Origin: Eledone cirrhosa
Lineage: Eukaryota
Direction: 5' to 3'
Assembly: GCA_964016885.1 (NCBI GenBank)
Contig: OZ024740.1
Span: 242,730,001-242,794,000, forward strand
DNA length: 64,000 nt
Part shown: piece by piece, positions 51,838-64,000 of the stretch
Numbering within the stretch: the first letter of the stretch is position 1
Layout: each line of letters begins with the position of its first letter
The notes under the pieces: model-generated
Databases searched by the model: none
The model's input: only the letters and a program-made list of their open reading frames with translations
Told to the model about the DNA's origin: nothing
Translations under genes and position numbers: made by a program

Positions 51838-52112
51838 GGAGGTGTGTGGCCTAGTGGTAAGTGTTAGACTTATGATCATAATGTGTGGGTTCGATTCCGG
51901 GACTGGTTTGTGTGTTGTGTTCTTGAGCAAAACACTTCATTTCACATTGCTCCAGTATACTCAACTGAAAGTGAGTACCAGCAATAGCTGGGGGTTTAAC
52001 CCTGTGATGGACAGGTATACTGTCCAGGGGGAGTATTGTACTTTCAGTCATTTAATGCCACAGAAACCAGGATAAACACTGGTCTGATGAGCCTCTGAGC
52101 CCGAGACAGATT
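51838..52112 (+). mobile_element. Older tRNA-CORE-like SINE with a different 3' tail
   Basis: GGAGGTGTGTGGCCTAGTGG head, GGTTCGATTCC, TTCTTGAGCAAAACACTT, tail gaaaccaggataa...ctgatgagcc. Confidence 0.7.
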
Positions 52113-53367
52113 TTAAATATTATTGCAAGGATACTTTGGGTTTGACTAATTAGAACTTTGGTTTCCTGTTAATACCTCCCAATCATCACAGAAATTGTCT
52201 CAATCCTTCCACATTAAGATAAAAAAGGGAACAAAAGACATTATGGCCTAAACATATAGAATGCACTGCCCGTAGTTATTGATAAATCTCTATTACCATA
52301 TTTTTAATGAAATGCTCTCTGTTTGAATTACTTAATGAATCCTTTAAAAGGATTTGCTAAAATCATAAATAATTTTATAATCAAAATGATATTGGTAACA
52401 TAACAACAACAGGTTTCTCAATGAAATTATGTTGACAGATTTTAATTTAAATAGGAATCCTTTAAAGGTAATGGTTTTGTTTCATATAACCAATGGCAGT
52501 GTTGAGAAAGTTGGCATTAAAGGGTTAAACCACAATAACAAACTGACAAGGTTTCTTTTCTCTAATTCAGATTAGTATTTTCTAAACCTAAGATAGCAAA
52601 CTCTTAATGTCATGTGTTCTAGTGTAAGATTCTGACTTGCAAACAAGCCAGTGGGTGTACATTATAATGGTTTCTATATAATTATCATCAACACTATCCC
52701 CATTACTGCTGTTTCTATCATCACTGTCATCATCATTTTTTTCGTAATGCTAAGAGACTAACTACGTAAATTGACAGATGATGTTCTATCAACGCAACAA
52801 GAGGGTGTAATTAGAAGCCAAATATTGCAGTATTTCAGTGATTTATATGCAAATGAGTTGCAGTATCTGTAATATAATGTAGAATGTGTTTGCCTACTAG
52901 ACATATGTCATAAACCTAAAGGAGTTGGTATGATCTGGATGAAGTAAGAGCATAGCAGACTATTAAAGGATCTTGTTTATTATGAGAAAATGGTGAAATC
53001 AGATTAGGAAAACTGAATGAAAGTTAAAGAAAAGCCACAATTACATATAATTACAATTGATTTAAGGTAGCCAGATTATATAGTGTACATTTCAATAAGC
53101 ATAACCAAACACATACATATCCACACAAATGTACAAAAAATATATGTACTATAACTAATTAGTGACCATGAAATGGTGAAAATTATTTCCAACAGATCAA
53201 CAAAATTAGTTATTCTGAAGCCTAATTGAAGTTTCTTAAATTTTTTATTAAATTCCATTCTGATACCATAATAAAATACCTGCATCTACTACTTAGTAAT
53301 AATTATTTCTTTAAATTTTTCAATATAATTTTAAGCATAGACACAAGATTTGCAGAAAAGAAACATA

Positions 53368-53546
53368 GTGTAATTAAGGGTTGAGTTTGCTTCCCAACCA
53401 TGTTGTTCTGGGTTCACTTCCACAGTGTAGCACCTTAGTAAAATATCTTCTACTATAATGTCAGGTAAAATATCTTCTACTATAATGTCAGGTTGATCAA
53501 TGCCTTGTTAAGGAATTTTGTTAGTGAAAAACTGCAGAAGCCTGTT
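53368..53546 (+). mobile_element. Old tRNA-SINE (family S3) with a 27-bp internal duplication
   Basis: ttgcttcccaaccatg...gggttca..cca...caccttag...tcttctactata...gccttgt...aactgcagaagcctgt; relatives near 8260-8400 and 12215-12345. Confidence 0.55.
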
Positions 53547-53559
53547 ACATATATATATA

Positions 53560-54652
53560 TCATCATCATCACCGTTTTACGTCCATTCTTCCACATTAGC
53601 ATGGGTTAGACGGGTTGTCCTGTTGTGGGCAGTAGCCAGTTAGCTGACCATATCTTGCTCATACGGGAACTGATTCTGTCTTGATTTCTACAGCTGGATG
53701 CCCTTCCTAACACCAACCTCATTTACAGTGAGTGCTGGGTGCTTTGTTTCCGTGGCGCCTACACGTCAACTTTACAGTGTGGGCTGGGTGCTTTTTTGCC
53801 GTGGTACCTTCACGACCACTTTGCAGTGGGAGGGCGTGGGGGCATATTGTCTATATGCTTCAGCTTAGGCTTGTACCCATACGGGGTCGGGTCTTATGTA
53901 TTACTGCATGACGCCAGAGGTCACGGTCCTGTGTCATCACCTTTGAGAGGTGTAATTGGGTAAGGTCGACTTTTATCACCTCATCCCAGGTCATCTTGGG
54001 TCTCCCCAGTCCGCGGCTTCCATCAGCTTTGAGTGCTCTGCACCTTTTTATGCAGCTGTCATCCTTCATACGCATCACATGTCCATACTAACGCAACCTC
54101 CTCTCCTGCACACAGCATTTGATTCCTCTTATGCTCAGTCTCTCTCTCAGTTCGTTTATACTTTGCCGTTCACGTATATTACTATTACACATCCATCAGA
54201 GCATGCAGGCTTCATTTCTTTCTAATCTATGCAAGTCTTCCACAGTCAGTGCCCAGGTCTCACTACCATGTAACATTGCTGTTCATATACATGCATCATA
54301 CAGTCTGCCTTTCATTTTGAGGGAAAAGCCTTTTGCAGCTAGCAGTGGCAGTAGCTCCCTGAACTTCTTCCATCCTGTTCTTACCCTAGTTATTATACTT
54401 TCCGAACACCCACCTCCACTGCTAATTCGGTCACCTAGGTAGCAGAAGCTGTCTACGGTTTCTACAGAGTCCTCCCAGAGTTTGGTGGTGCTTGTTTCCT
54501 GTGGCTGTTTACTGTTTGCTGTCCCAGCACAGCTGCTACATGTGAAGCCTACATTCTTAACTAAGCTTCCTGAGATCCCACTATATCTTTAGTGTACCCA
54601 TTGTTTGCCTTTGGGGCAGAGGATGGAGTTCCTACTTACACCTTTCCTACAT
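53560..54652 (-). mobile_element. 5'-truncated RTE LINE (R1)
   Basis: Homologous to 40018-41300, from within the C4HC3 finger to the (GAT)n tail. Confidence 0.9.
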
Positions 54653-54772
54653 ACTATATATATATATATATATCATGGTCACTATAGTACATACCTATAT
54701 TTTTTGTACATTTGTGTGTATGTGTATGTATATATATATATGTATGTGTATGTGTATATATATATATATATA

Positions 54773-54932
54773 GGAAAAAGTATGACCTCGACGGCAGAGC
54801 TCAAACCGTTTCGACCGGCCTGAGCTCAGCCGTCGGTGTCATACTTTTTCCAATTACCCACTCTACTACCCTAAGTATTGAGTACTCTGGTGCATTATGG
54901 TCCATCTTGTTCCTTACCACAATTCCTTCGTT
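54773..54932 (-). mobile_element. Hairpin-plus-motif short element (family H), copy 2
   Basis: 79-nt hairpin ggaaaaagtatgac...gtcatactttttcc plus the same adjacent motif; (TA)n flanks. Confidence 0.6.
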
Positions 54933-55196
54933 ATATATATATATATATACATCATTACCATCATTTAAAAGGTTGTTAAATGGTGATGATGATGTATATA
55001 TATATGTATGCGTGTGTTTGTGAGTATGTTTACGTTTGTATCTGTGGTATGTCCCATAACTAAATAAATTGATAAAGTAAGTACCAGACTTGGAAAAATA
55101 AGTCCCAGGGTTGAGATCATTGACTAAATCGATTTATGGTGGTTTGAGATATTGTGTTATGTTCTTTCTTTACTTTCAAAATTTTGTTTTAAATAA

Positions 55197-55383
55197 TTGT
55201 TTCAATTTTTGGCACAAGGCCAACAATTATCCCAGTGCATTACTGGTACTTTATTTTATCAACCCCGTAAGGATGAAAGGCAAAGTTAATCTCGGTAGGT
55301 TTTGAACTCAAACCGTAAAGGGCCACAACTCAATGCTGCAAGCATGGTGTCCGACCCTCTACCGATTCTGCCAATCCACTGCC
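55197..55383 (-). mobile_element. S1 SINE (more diverged)
   Basis: S1 homology along its full length. Confidence 0.85.
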
Positions 55384-55699
55384 ATTTTGTTTGGATAAAA
55401 TATAAATTTTTAAAGGAAAGATATCATCATCATTACCATTTAATATCTATTTTCCATGCTTGCATGGGTTAGACAGGCTATCATATTATGAGGCTAGACT
55501 GCTCAGGTGGCCACATCTTGCTCAAATGACTTGCTTTTGGCTTGGTTATTTATGATCTAATGCCCTTCCTAACACCAACCACATTACAGTATGTTTGTTA
55601 ATTGAATTGGCCCAGTATATTAATGGTAATTCAAACACAAAGCCAATAGGCTAAGCATAATGATGAATGAATATGGATTAATACCCTGATTTCCAAAGT

Positions 55700-58600
55700 T
55701 TTCAACACCATTACGGTCACATCGTTGGCATAGGCCGATTCTGCTTTTTACAGTTCTGGTTCCATCGAGATGCCCTGCAATAGCTCTAACTTCCACAGCA
55801 GTGGCTGAAGAGTCAGCACATACAGAATGGAAGAGAGAGGGCATCATTGGCAGATGGAACACATGATTTGGGATAGATCCAATAGGTAGCCATTCACCTT
55901 GACTGCTGAGCAGATGTTGCTGCACATGGCAGCGATCCAGCTTCTGAAGACGGGACCGAAACCGGCCACCTTGAGAACCGCTTCCAAGTATTGATGGTCA
56001 ACCCTATCAAATGCCTTAGATTGATCTAAATTGATCAGAGCCCCAGTGAAGCCAGGTTTACACCCTACCCTCTCTATGATGTATCGCATGAGGTGGAGGT
56101 TGTCATATATGGACCTGGTCAGGATTGCACATGCTTGCATCACCCCCACCAGGTTCTCGACAATGAGCGCCAGCCTTGTTGTTAATACCTTGGCCAAAAT
56201 CTTTAACAGAGTTATGGGTCTGAAATTACTTATGTTATCCCCTTTGTTATCATTTTTCCTGATCAGCATTACTACGCCTCTGCTTACAGAACTGGGAATT
56301 CTCCCGTTCTGATGCCAGGTGCAGTAGACAGCTTCAAGGACGTCAGAGAACAAGTCTCGCATGCCTACGTAAAACTCATAGGGTAGACCATTTAAACCGG
56401 GTCATTTGTGTTTCCTTCTGTGATCGGCCTTTCGCAGCTCTCTGCATCCGTGTTCGAGAGTCGTGGTAGGCCATTGAGATAGGAACTGAAGTACATTACC
56501 CTGCTCAACACATCATTCTGTGTGAACAGTTGTGCAAAGTGCTGCTGGAAGGCCATGCACATCTGCTTGGATTCAAGTAGTACACGTCCTTGGCTTGCCA
56601 AAGACCGAATCGTGGATTTGTTGCCACTTTTCTCCTCTGCCACTCGGGCCCAGCTAACAGCTTTCGCTCCTTCGTTTCTCAGAGCAGGTGTTCTACAACC
56701 TTCGTGTTTCATGCTGAAGAACTGGTCTAGTGCCATTCTTGCCACTAACACATTAGCTGTACTGCCACTCCTAAGTGCCTCTTCTACTTTAGCTACCAAT
56801 TCCTTTTCTGTCTTTTTCTTCTCTAAAGCTACCTTGCTAAAGGCTATTGGTTCTACTCTAATTGCTCTCTTGAGAGAGCACCACCACCTGTTGTTGATGA
56901 TGGCCCCCGACAACTGCCGTTTAACTAAAGTGCTAATCCATTTACTGTGAGCTTATGTATCACAAGCAACAAGTTTAGCTTCCAGTATCCGGGTCCCTGT
57001 TTATATGATGACTATGCAGGTCACTAATTTGTGGTCTGAATAGGCAACCATGTGCATTTTTGTGGACAGCTTAATGTTTCCCTATTGTTTTGTCTAATTA
57101 GAAATCTATCTAAATATGATCTAGAAGACCCAGTATGGTTGCTCCACGTCCACAGTGGTGCACTTGGGAAATCTAGTCGATATCTATCAACCAGTTGTAA
57201 TTGGCTGATAAGATTTGTAAGGCTATTCCCCCCCCTTTCTATCACATGCTCCTACATAGTCCCAACATGCATCCAAGATACCATTCCAGTCCCCCACTAA
57301 CAGTAAAGAACGAGACAGTCCCAGAAAAGACTCTTGGTGCTTAAAGAACTCCAGCCTTGATGCCCCAATTGAGGCATAGATGGCCACCAGTATGAAAGCT
57401 CCACTTTCACTACCATTCACGTCTAGTACCACCAACTTGCCCTCCAGGTCCAAGAAGATTGTCTGTACTTCGAGATCCAGGTCTTTTCAAAACAAAACAG
57501 CAACTCCCCCCTCCACCTCCTGGCTGACAGAGAGATGCGTAGATCTCAAAGTCATCGAACATGGGAGTTAACTGCTACTTGACATGATTCCCTGACTCGC
57601 TGATGGCTATCACATCTATACAGTGTGACCTGAGGTCATTTAAAAGTTGGCCCTGTTTCCAGGACAACCCCAGGCCACGCCCATTCAGACATCCAACTTG
57701 TACAGTCGCCATGTTGGTGAAGAAGAGTTAGGGAGAGAAAAAGGCAGGAACACTTACCTTTTAGTTTCCTGGAGATCGGATTGTTCGATCTCCATGTTGG
57801 TGGTGGTGGGGTTTGTCTGGTGGGATGGGAAAACATTTCAGGAGTACATGGTTCAGGGTTTTTTAAGAAAACTGTAAGTTTGTGTTGGAAGTCTTATCAG
57901 TTTTAGGTGTAATGCTGTGTTTGTGCTTGTCAAGGTTTTTCCTTCTGTCTGAATGGTGGGGTCTTTCATGATGGCCTCCATTAGGTCTTTATTTGTAGTG
58001 TTAATGTATGTGTAGTGTGGTTTGAGTTTTTGCTGTAATGTTTCTGTTTGTTGTTTGTTCTCTAGTTTTCTTTTGATGGTAGGCATTTGTGCTTGTGGTT
58101 GTGTTGGTGTTTGTTTTGCTGGGAGGTGGTGTCTGTGTTGTTGATGTGGTTGTCGTTTGTGGTGGTGTCTGTGTGTTTGTGTTGGTGATTGGCAGTTTTT
58201 TGTTTTTGCAGTGTCTCCTTTTTTTGTTTTTTTTACTTTTGGGGTTCCTCTTCATCCTCGCTTGGAGATGCAGTGGTTGCAGCATTTGAGGTGTTTTCAT
58301 CGGGAGTATGTGGGAGGGGCATGTTGTGTTTGTGTGTGTGTTTGTGGGAGTGTTAGACAGAGGGGGAAGAGGTAGGATAGAGTCCTTCAGGGGAATTTTT
58401 GGTGTGGTGTCTTTTTTGGTTTGTGATGGTGGAGAGGATATTGATGGTTTTTTGAGTTGCGTTCTTGGTTTTCGGGTGTTGCTGTTGGCGTTTGGGTGTT
58501 GGTAGCAACACCTTGTTGTGTTTTTGTGTATTTAGCATTGGGCAGAATGCTTTTATATGTGTATCTTTTCCACATCGAAAACACTGTGTTTTTCTGCCCT

Positions 58601-59772
58601 CCACTGTGATGTTGATAACAAGGTTGTTATCAAGAGGTACCCTTTCAGGTATCCTTGAAATTCGTTTTGGTCTCATTTGAAGCAGGAGTTCCACCAAGGT
58701 GCCATTCCAGTTATACCTGGTTGACTTTTTAAAGAGAGGAGGGTGTCTTGTCCTTTCTTGAAAAAGCCACCCAGGATCCACCAAATGTTGGTTTTTGGTG
58801 GGATTTGGGATACCCTTATTTTATGCATTCTTCTTCCCATGTATGTCGGAAAAAAGATGTATTAGCTCATTTTGATTGGAGCCACCGAGATATTTTTGAG
58901 CGAGGGCCTCGTCTTTGAAGAGCACCGAGATGCTCCCATACTGCTTGGCCCTCTGAAGGTAGGCAATGTCTGGCATTGCCTCCCTCAACACACTTTCTAC
59001 TGTGTTCTGAGGCAAAGAGGCAGGTTTTCTTGATTCTGTAGACACAGTTCTATTAAAGATCGTTATCCTTAGGGTTGCAGCCCTAAATTCTGGTGGGGCG
59101 TTTATCCGAAATCTATTGCCCTCGACAGTTATATATTGCACGGCATCCTTCAGGTACTGCACTTTATTCGTTATGTCGATGAATTTCATTTCTTTGGCAG
59201 CTGTCATTGCAAATGTTTTTGTATGTATTTGATTTTGATTTTCACTGCTGTCTTTATTGTTTGTGTCATTTTGGTTCTTATTTTCATCGTTGGTGGTGTT
59301 GTTGTTTTTCACTTGGTTCATGTTCATGTTGTTGTTGTTTTCGTTTGTTTGTGTCCAGTTTGTTGTCATGGCAATATTTGTCATGATGTCACCAGTGTTT
59401 AGTTACTTGTACGCAGGCAAAGAAATTTGTCCCTCTCTTAAGTGTTGAGGTAGAAGTGTTGGCATTTCTTTGTTCACATCTGCTACTATCAGAGGGATCT
59501 ACTGCTGTTGTAGTAAGCATTGCTTTCCATACCATGTTGTTGTGTTGACAAGGTAAACAAGGAAGAAGGTGCCGTTTCTTTGGCTATTTATTTCTCGATA
59601 ATATGATTATTGTTTTGCTCTAAAGGGCAGGATACTTTGAGAGACTGACCAGATCAAAATCTGACCTGGCAGTCCCTCTACAAATTGAAGTAAAAATGAA
59701 TGTTCAGGTTGACAAATTTCTAGAGAAATTTAAACAGAACTTAATGAGCAAGTTTTACACGTGTCCGTCCCA
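55700..59772 (-). mobile_element. L1/Tx1-type LINE: ORF1 with CCHC knuckle, ORF2 APE plus RT; 3' part missing
   Basis: CFRCGKDTHIKAFC; LVGDWNGILD, WTWSN...SYLDRFLI, NFRPITLL, LDQSKAFDRVDH, Q*CPLS, AYANDVT; many frameshifts. Confidence 0.9.
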
Positions 59773-59801
59773 AGATAGATAGATAGATAGATAGATAGAT
59801 A
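59773..59801. repeat. (GATA)n microsatellite at the Tx1 5' junction
   Basis: Direct observation. Confidence 0.9.
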
Positions 59802-60382
59802 TTCCATATAAGAAGATTGACCACCCAGTACATTGGTCTACTATCTAGAGAGTAAAGGAGGCAACACAGAAATATTTAACAATGCCTTAAAAACTACCAT
59901 CAGAGGCCCTACTCATGGGGGTGCTATAGTTGAAATATTTCCAGGGCTATCTCAAGTAGTTGTGTTTGTTGCTGTTGTTGATGGTGATGTGGGGTATAGC
60001 TATCTTGTAAGTAAGGCAGTATTTAGATATATATTTTTCATTTGAAAACTTGAGAAATCTATTGGACACATATGTTGATATATTAAAGTTTTCATTTTAC
60101 AAATAATTACATTATTCTGGATCTAATCAGTCTTCCTTCTAACTAAACTTATCTTTCCTATCTATTTCTTACACCCCATTTCTCCCCCATCAGCATTCTC
60201 AATCTTCTTCTTTTTCTTCTTCACAGGATCCTTCATTTCCTGCTTCCTGTTAATCTCATCATTCGCATATCCTTTCTTTCTTCTCTCATCATTCATAACT
60301 TCAATTCTAATTCTATAGATATTTTACTTCCTACAAGCTATTCTCTATATTTATCTCCACTCTCCACCCTTTTCTGTGTGTG

Positions 60383-60419
<37 letters not shown>

Positions 60420-60656
60420 GAATTGACATTCTTGTCTCTGACCAAAACTAAGCAAGAGCGTTTTTGAGTTCATATAAAAATGAAAAAACTCATCGCTATA
60501 GCAGCCATTAAAACAGCCAAATGTTATCAATAACAGTGACGGACAAAAATGCCTCAGAGCACAGAGACCAGCAGCCAATGGTCAGCAGAGAGACAATTAA
60601 TGAGATGGGCGACAGGCAGATGAAACATAGAAAAGACTGAAAATTGAGGAGGACAA

Positions 60657-61261
60657 GAGAACTGCCATGCAACAGTTTTGCTTGTATATATGTTTCATAC
60701 AATCTGCCTTTCATGTTGAGGGAAAAGCCTTTTGTAGCAATGGTAGTAGCTTCCTGAACTTCTCACTCTGGCTGTTCTACTTTCATAACACTTACCTACA
60801 CTGTTAACTTGGTCACCTAGGTAGCAGTAGCTGTCTACTGTTTCTACTGAACCTTCCCAGAATTTGATAGCACTTGTTTCCGGTGCACCAGCCTCATGCA
60901 AAACCACTACATATCTTGTGTACCCATAATTTATATTTGGGACAGTGGATGGAATTTCTACCTACACTTTTCCTACACACTGAGCAAGGCCATTTCCCCA
61001 AGGGGATCAGGGCTCTGTTTTCCCTTCTACTTGCTAGGACCTTAGTCTTTGTCAGGTTGAATTTAAGACCCTTTGTTTCTAGGCCATACTTCCAGGTTTA
61101 GAATTTCTTTTCTAATTCTCCCATGGGTTCAACTATGAGTGTAAGTTCATCTGCATACAGGAGTTCTCATGGCCAGCCAGTCTTAAACTCCTCTGTTATA
61201 GCCAGCAGAACAATAATAAACAGAAGAGGGCTAAGAACAGAGCCCTGATGAACGTCAACTT
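60657..61261 (-). mobile_element. Internal RTE (R1) fragment
   Basis: VHQGSVLSPLLF, ELLYADEL, KWPCSVCRKGVGRNS, YCYLGD, MKGRLY, LHGS. Confidence 0.85.
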
Positions 61262-61440
61262 ATGGATTGTCTGTCTGCCGACCATTGGTCATTAGTCTCT
61301 GTCCCCTGAGGCATTTTTGCCCATCGCTGTCATTGTCAGCATTTGGCTGTTTTAATGTCTATCCTAGCGATGAGTTTTCTCATTTTTATATGAATATATA
61401 TACATACACACACACACACATACAGTCATATATATATATA

Positions 61441-62494
61441 TTCTAGGGCGGGTAAAATTCCCGAGATCCATGGATGAGTTTTCTCCAGCAGTTTCTGTCC
61501 CTCATTATCGCTGCCATGTCCTTTGTTTCCAACAGACCAGTGTCTGTCCTTAGGGCATCAACATATGTTAACCTTGGTCTTCCTCTTCAAGTGTATCCAT
61601 GTAGGGGCTCCCACAGGATCACTGAGTGCAGTGTCAACTCTGGATGTCGGTGAGCATGTCCAGCTAACCCCAGTCTCCTCTGTGTCACTTTTGAACTGAC
61701 TTTTGGGAGGCTCCCATACAGATCTGAGTTTTTCATCCTCAGTGTATACTGATTAATGTTCAGAACTATCCTCAGCATTCTCATGTAGCACCCATCCACC
61801 ATCTGAGTGAGTTTTTTGGTCAGTGTCCAAGTCTCAGACCCATACAGCAGCACAGACTCCACTACTGCAATGAAGAGGCGGATATTCAGGTCTTTACGAA
61901 GGTCCAACTTCCACACCAATCTCAAGCTGTGGCACGCCGCCCAGGTTTTGCTCTTCCTCTCAACCACATCATCTTCCGTATTCCCAATCTTTGCTCCCAA
62001 ATACAGGAAGTCCTCAACCAATTCTCTACCAGATATTTTGTTTTAGTCTCATTCATTCTCAGCCTCACACTCATCGACACAGTCTCAACCTGCTGCATCA
62101 AATCCTCTGCCTCCTTCACTGTATTTGTCACCAAAACTATGTCGTCGGCAAATTCAGCATCCGATATCTTTTTCGCCTTAACTCTCCTGCTCTATGCCTT
62201 CCTGCAGTCATGGTTTTCATTGACTTTAGGAAGGCCTTTGATTCTGTGGACCGTCACTGCCTAATGAAGATCTTAAAGGTTTATGGAATCCCCAAGAAGA
62301 TGGTGGACCTGATATCACTGCTCTACACCAACACCAAAGCCCAAGTCATTACACCTGATGGGATGACAGAGTTCTTTAAGATACTGGCTGGAGTGCTCCA
62401 GGGAGATACATTGGTTCCCTACCTTTTTATCATCGTAGTGGACTATTGTATGCGCCTTGCACTGGAGAAACACCAGGAACCTGGCTTTACTGTA
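61441..62494. mobile_element. RTE LINE with 5' inversion
   Basis: Minus piece 61441-62197 (SRRVKAKKISDAEFADDIVL...FLYLG...LLYGSETW...GHAHRH); plus piece 62198-62494 (FIDFRKAFDS...GVLQGDTL...GFTV); (TA)n flanks. Confidence 0.85.
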
Positions 62495-62526
62495 ATATAT
62501 ATATATATATATATATATATAATTGG

Positions 62527-63074
62527 TGTGGGATGCTTAAAGCGTCTGTAAATGGTAGGCCGTTTGAGCACTCAATGCTCTTACAGAGCAGAGTATGATA
62601 TCACATAAGAAACGGGGAATCAATGTTGTGACGAATAAAATTTATTAGACATATTACAATCGTTTCTCTGGCGACCAGCTCGCGGCACGATCGATGTAAT
62701 GATCGAACCTGACTCTGAAATCACAAGGTCCTCAGATACGTCTCGATTCTACGAAACAGAGTTTCCAAATGTCCAGTTACACCCGCGGCCCTCACTCGGC
62801 AGCTTAGATCCTGTTGTTGTCATTTGATAAGTGGTCAAGAATTGTACACATCATCGGTATTTTTGGCCACTCATGGCCATCCTATATTTGGTTCCTTTCA
62901 TTTGCCACCTGTCAATCAAAGTTGTTTCTTAAATCGGAATTACTACTGTAGGCGGTAAGGGGTTGTATGATTGAATCACTCACGCCCTGTCGCAGCCTTC
63001 CTAACCTGTAGGCGCCCGCACCCATGTCCATGTTTCGCGCAGGCCTGATACATATGGGTACTTATACACCCACA
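62527..63074 (-). mobile_element. CpG-rich LTR/pLTR-like element containing a hammerhead candidate
   Basis: TGTGGG...CCCACA ends, AATAAA on the minus strand at 62641-62646, CpG excess relative to flanks; no TSD seen. Confidence 0.45.
62647..62743 (-). ncRNA. Type I hammerhead candidate with extended stem II
   Basis: agacgtat-CTGAGGA-62 nt-GAAA-C-gatt-G-TA-atatgtct; 8-bp stem I, GUA triplet. Confidence 0.55.
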
Positions 63075-64000
63075 GCGATCACATACACACCCAAAACTGT
63101 ATTATATGTGACAATCACGGTAGATATTGAATGTGCAGCGAATACTTAGAAAGAACTTTAAAAAAAATGGAAAAAACATTTAAAAGAACGTTTCAGAAAA
63201 ACACACCCTCAAAATACCTTAAAAAACACGCATTTCAAAAAGAAAAACCCTGTAAAAAGAACGTTTTTAAAAGAATGCTTGAAAGTATCTTTCAAAAAAG
63301 TTATTTCAAAGGTATTTTTGATAAATATACACATATCTACACACACACACACTGTACTCAGGAAAGCGTATATAGTTAAGACGCTGTTAATACAGATGAA
63401 AAAATACAGATGAAAAAATGGAAGATCTACACATACATATGTATACACTTACACAGACATGTTCATACAAATACATCCACCCAGACATGTATATACATGT
63501 ATGCATATGTGCATCGACACACATACATACATGTACCTGCACATGGGCATGCTTATACATCTCAAAAAAAGCACATACTTGATGAATACCTACATATCCA
63601 CACATATGACACATAAAATATTATATGAGACGACATTCTTGAGGCTTGGACCCAACCCATTCATGTGGCAATATAAGCCTGAAAGTGCATGCACAATATG
63701 CATAAATGCAATAGCTATGTAGTAGCCATGCACACATCATAGATAACATGGGTGGCACATATATAAATGTGTGTACGTACATAAAATAAAATAAAATAAA
63801 ATACTGGAAAAATGAATGTATACATGAAAAAGATGCAGAGGGGGTATCTGTTCACCTGGACATATTGGGATGTGCATAAAGTTGCATAAAATACCTGAGG
63901 ACTGTGATGCATAGGGTTATATAAGATACAGAAGGACTGATGATCCAAGGGACTGGGTAAGAGCCTGCACATCAACCATGCGCATGAGACAGGTTTCATG

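Noticed and set aside
52083-52112. CTGATGAG...CGAGAC as a hammerhead
   Set aside because: GAAA is absent, stems I and III do not pair, and the motif is the ordinary 3' tail of a tRNA-CORE-like SINE.
52762-52872. Short frame LRKLTDDVLSTQQEGVIRSQILQYFSDLYANEL resembling an L1 ORF2 linker
   Set aside because: Too short and isolated to assign.

Overview
AT-rich, repeat-saturated eukaryotic DNA, intronic or intergenic. The SINE and RTE repertoire and the dense (TA)n/(TATG)n/(GA)n microsatellites suggest an octopod cephalopod (inference, no database search run). No intact host gene is visible; there are only two low-confidence minus-strand exon candidates. Nearly all long ORFs are decayed transposons: several RTE-clade LINE families, R4/Dong-type RLE LINEs, an L1/Tx1-type LINE, a Naiad-type Penelope-like element (PLE), a Helitron 3' end, DD37D maT and mariner DNA transposons, TTAA piggyBac-like MITEs, and at least three tRNA-SINE families. 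The most interesting signals are non-coding. (1) A near-perfect 346-bp palindrome carries a type I hammerhead ribozyme on each strand, and a second, partly deleted copy suggests the fold-back is the mobile unit. (2) Three further hammerhead candidates, one with a 62-nt stem II and two with a U.U stem II closure. (3) Two RTE insertions with twin-priming-type 5' inversions, one with a 12-bp TSD. (4) A two-copy short element with a long hairpin conserved in structure but not in sequence. All alignments and folds were done by eye.
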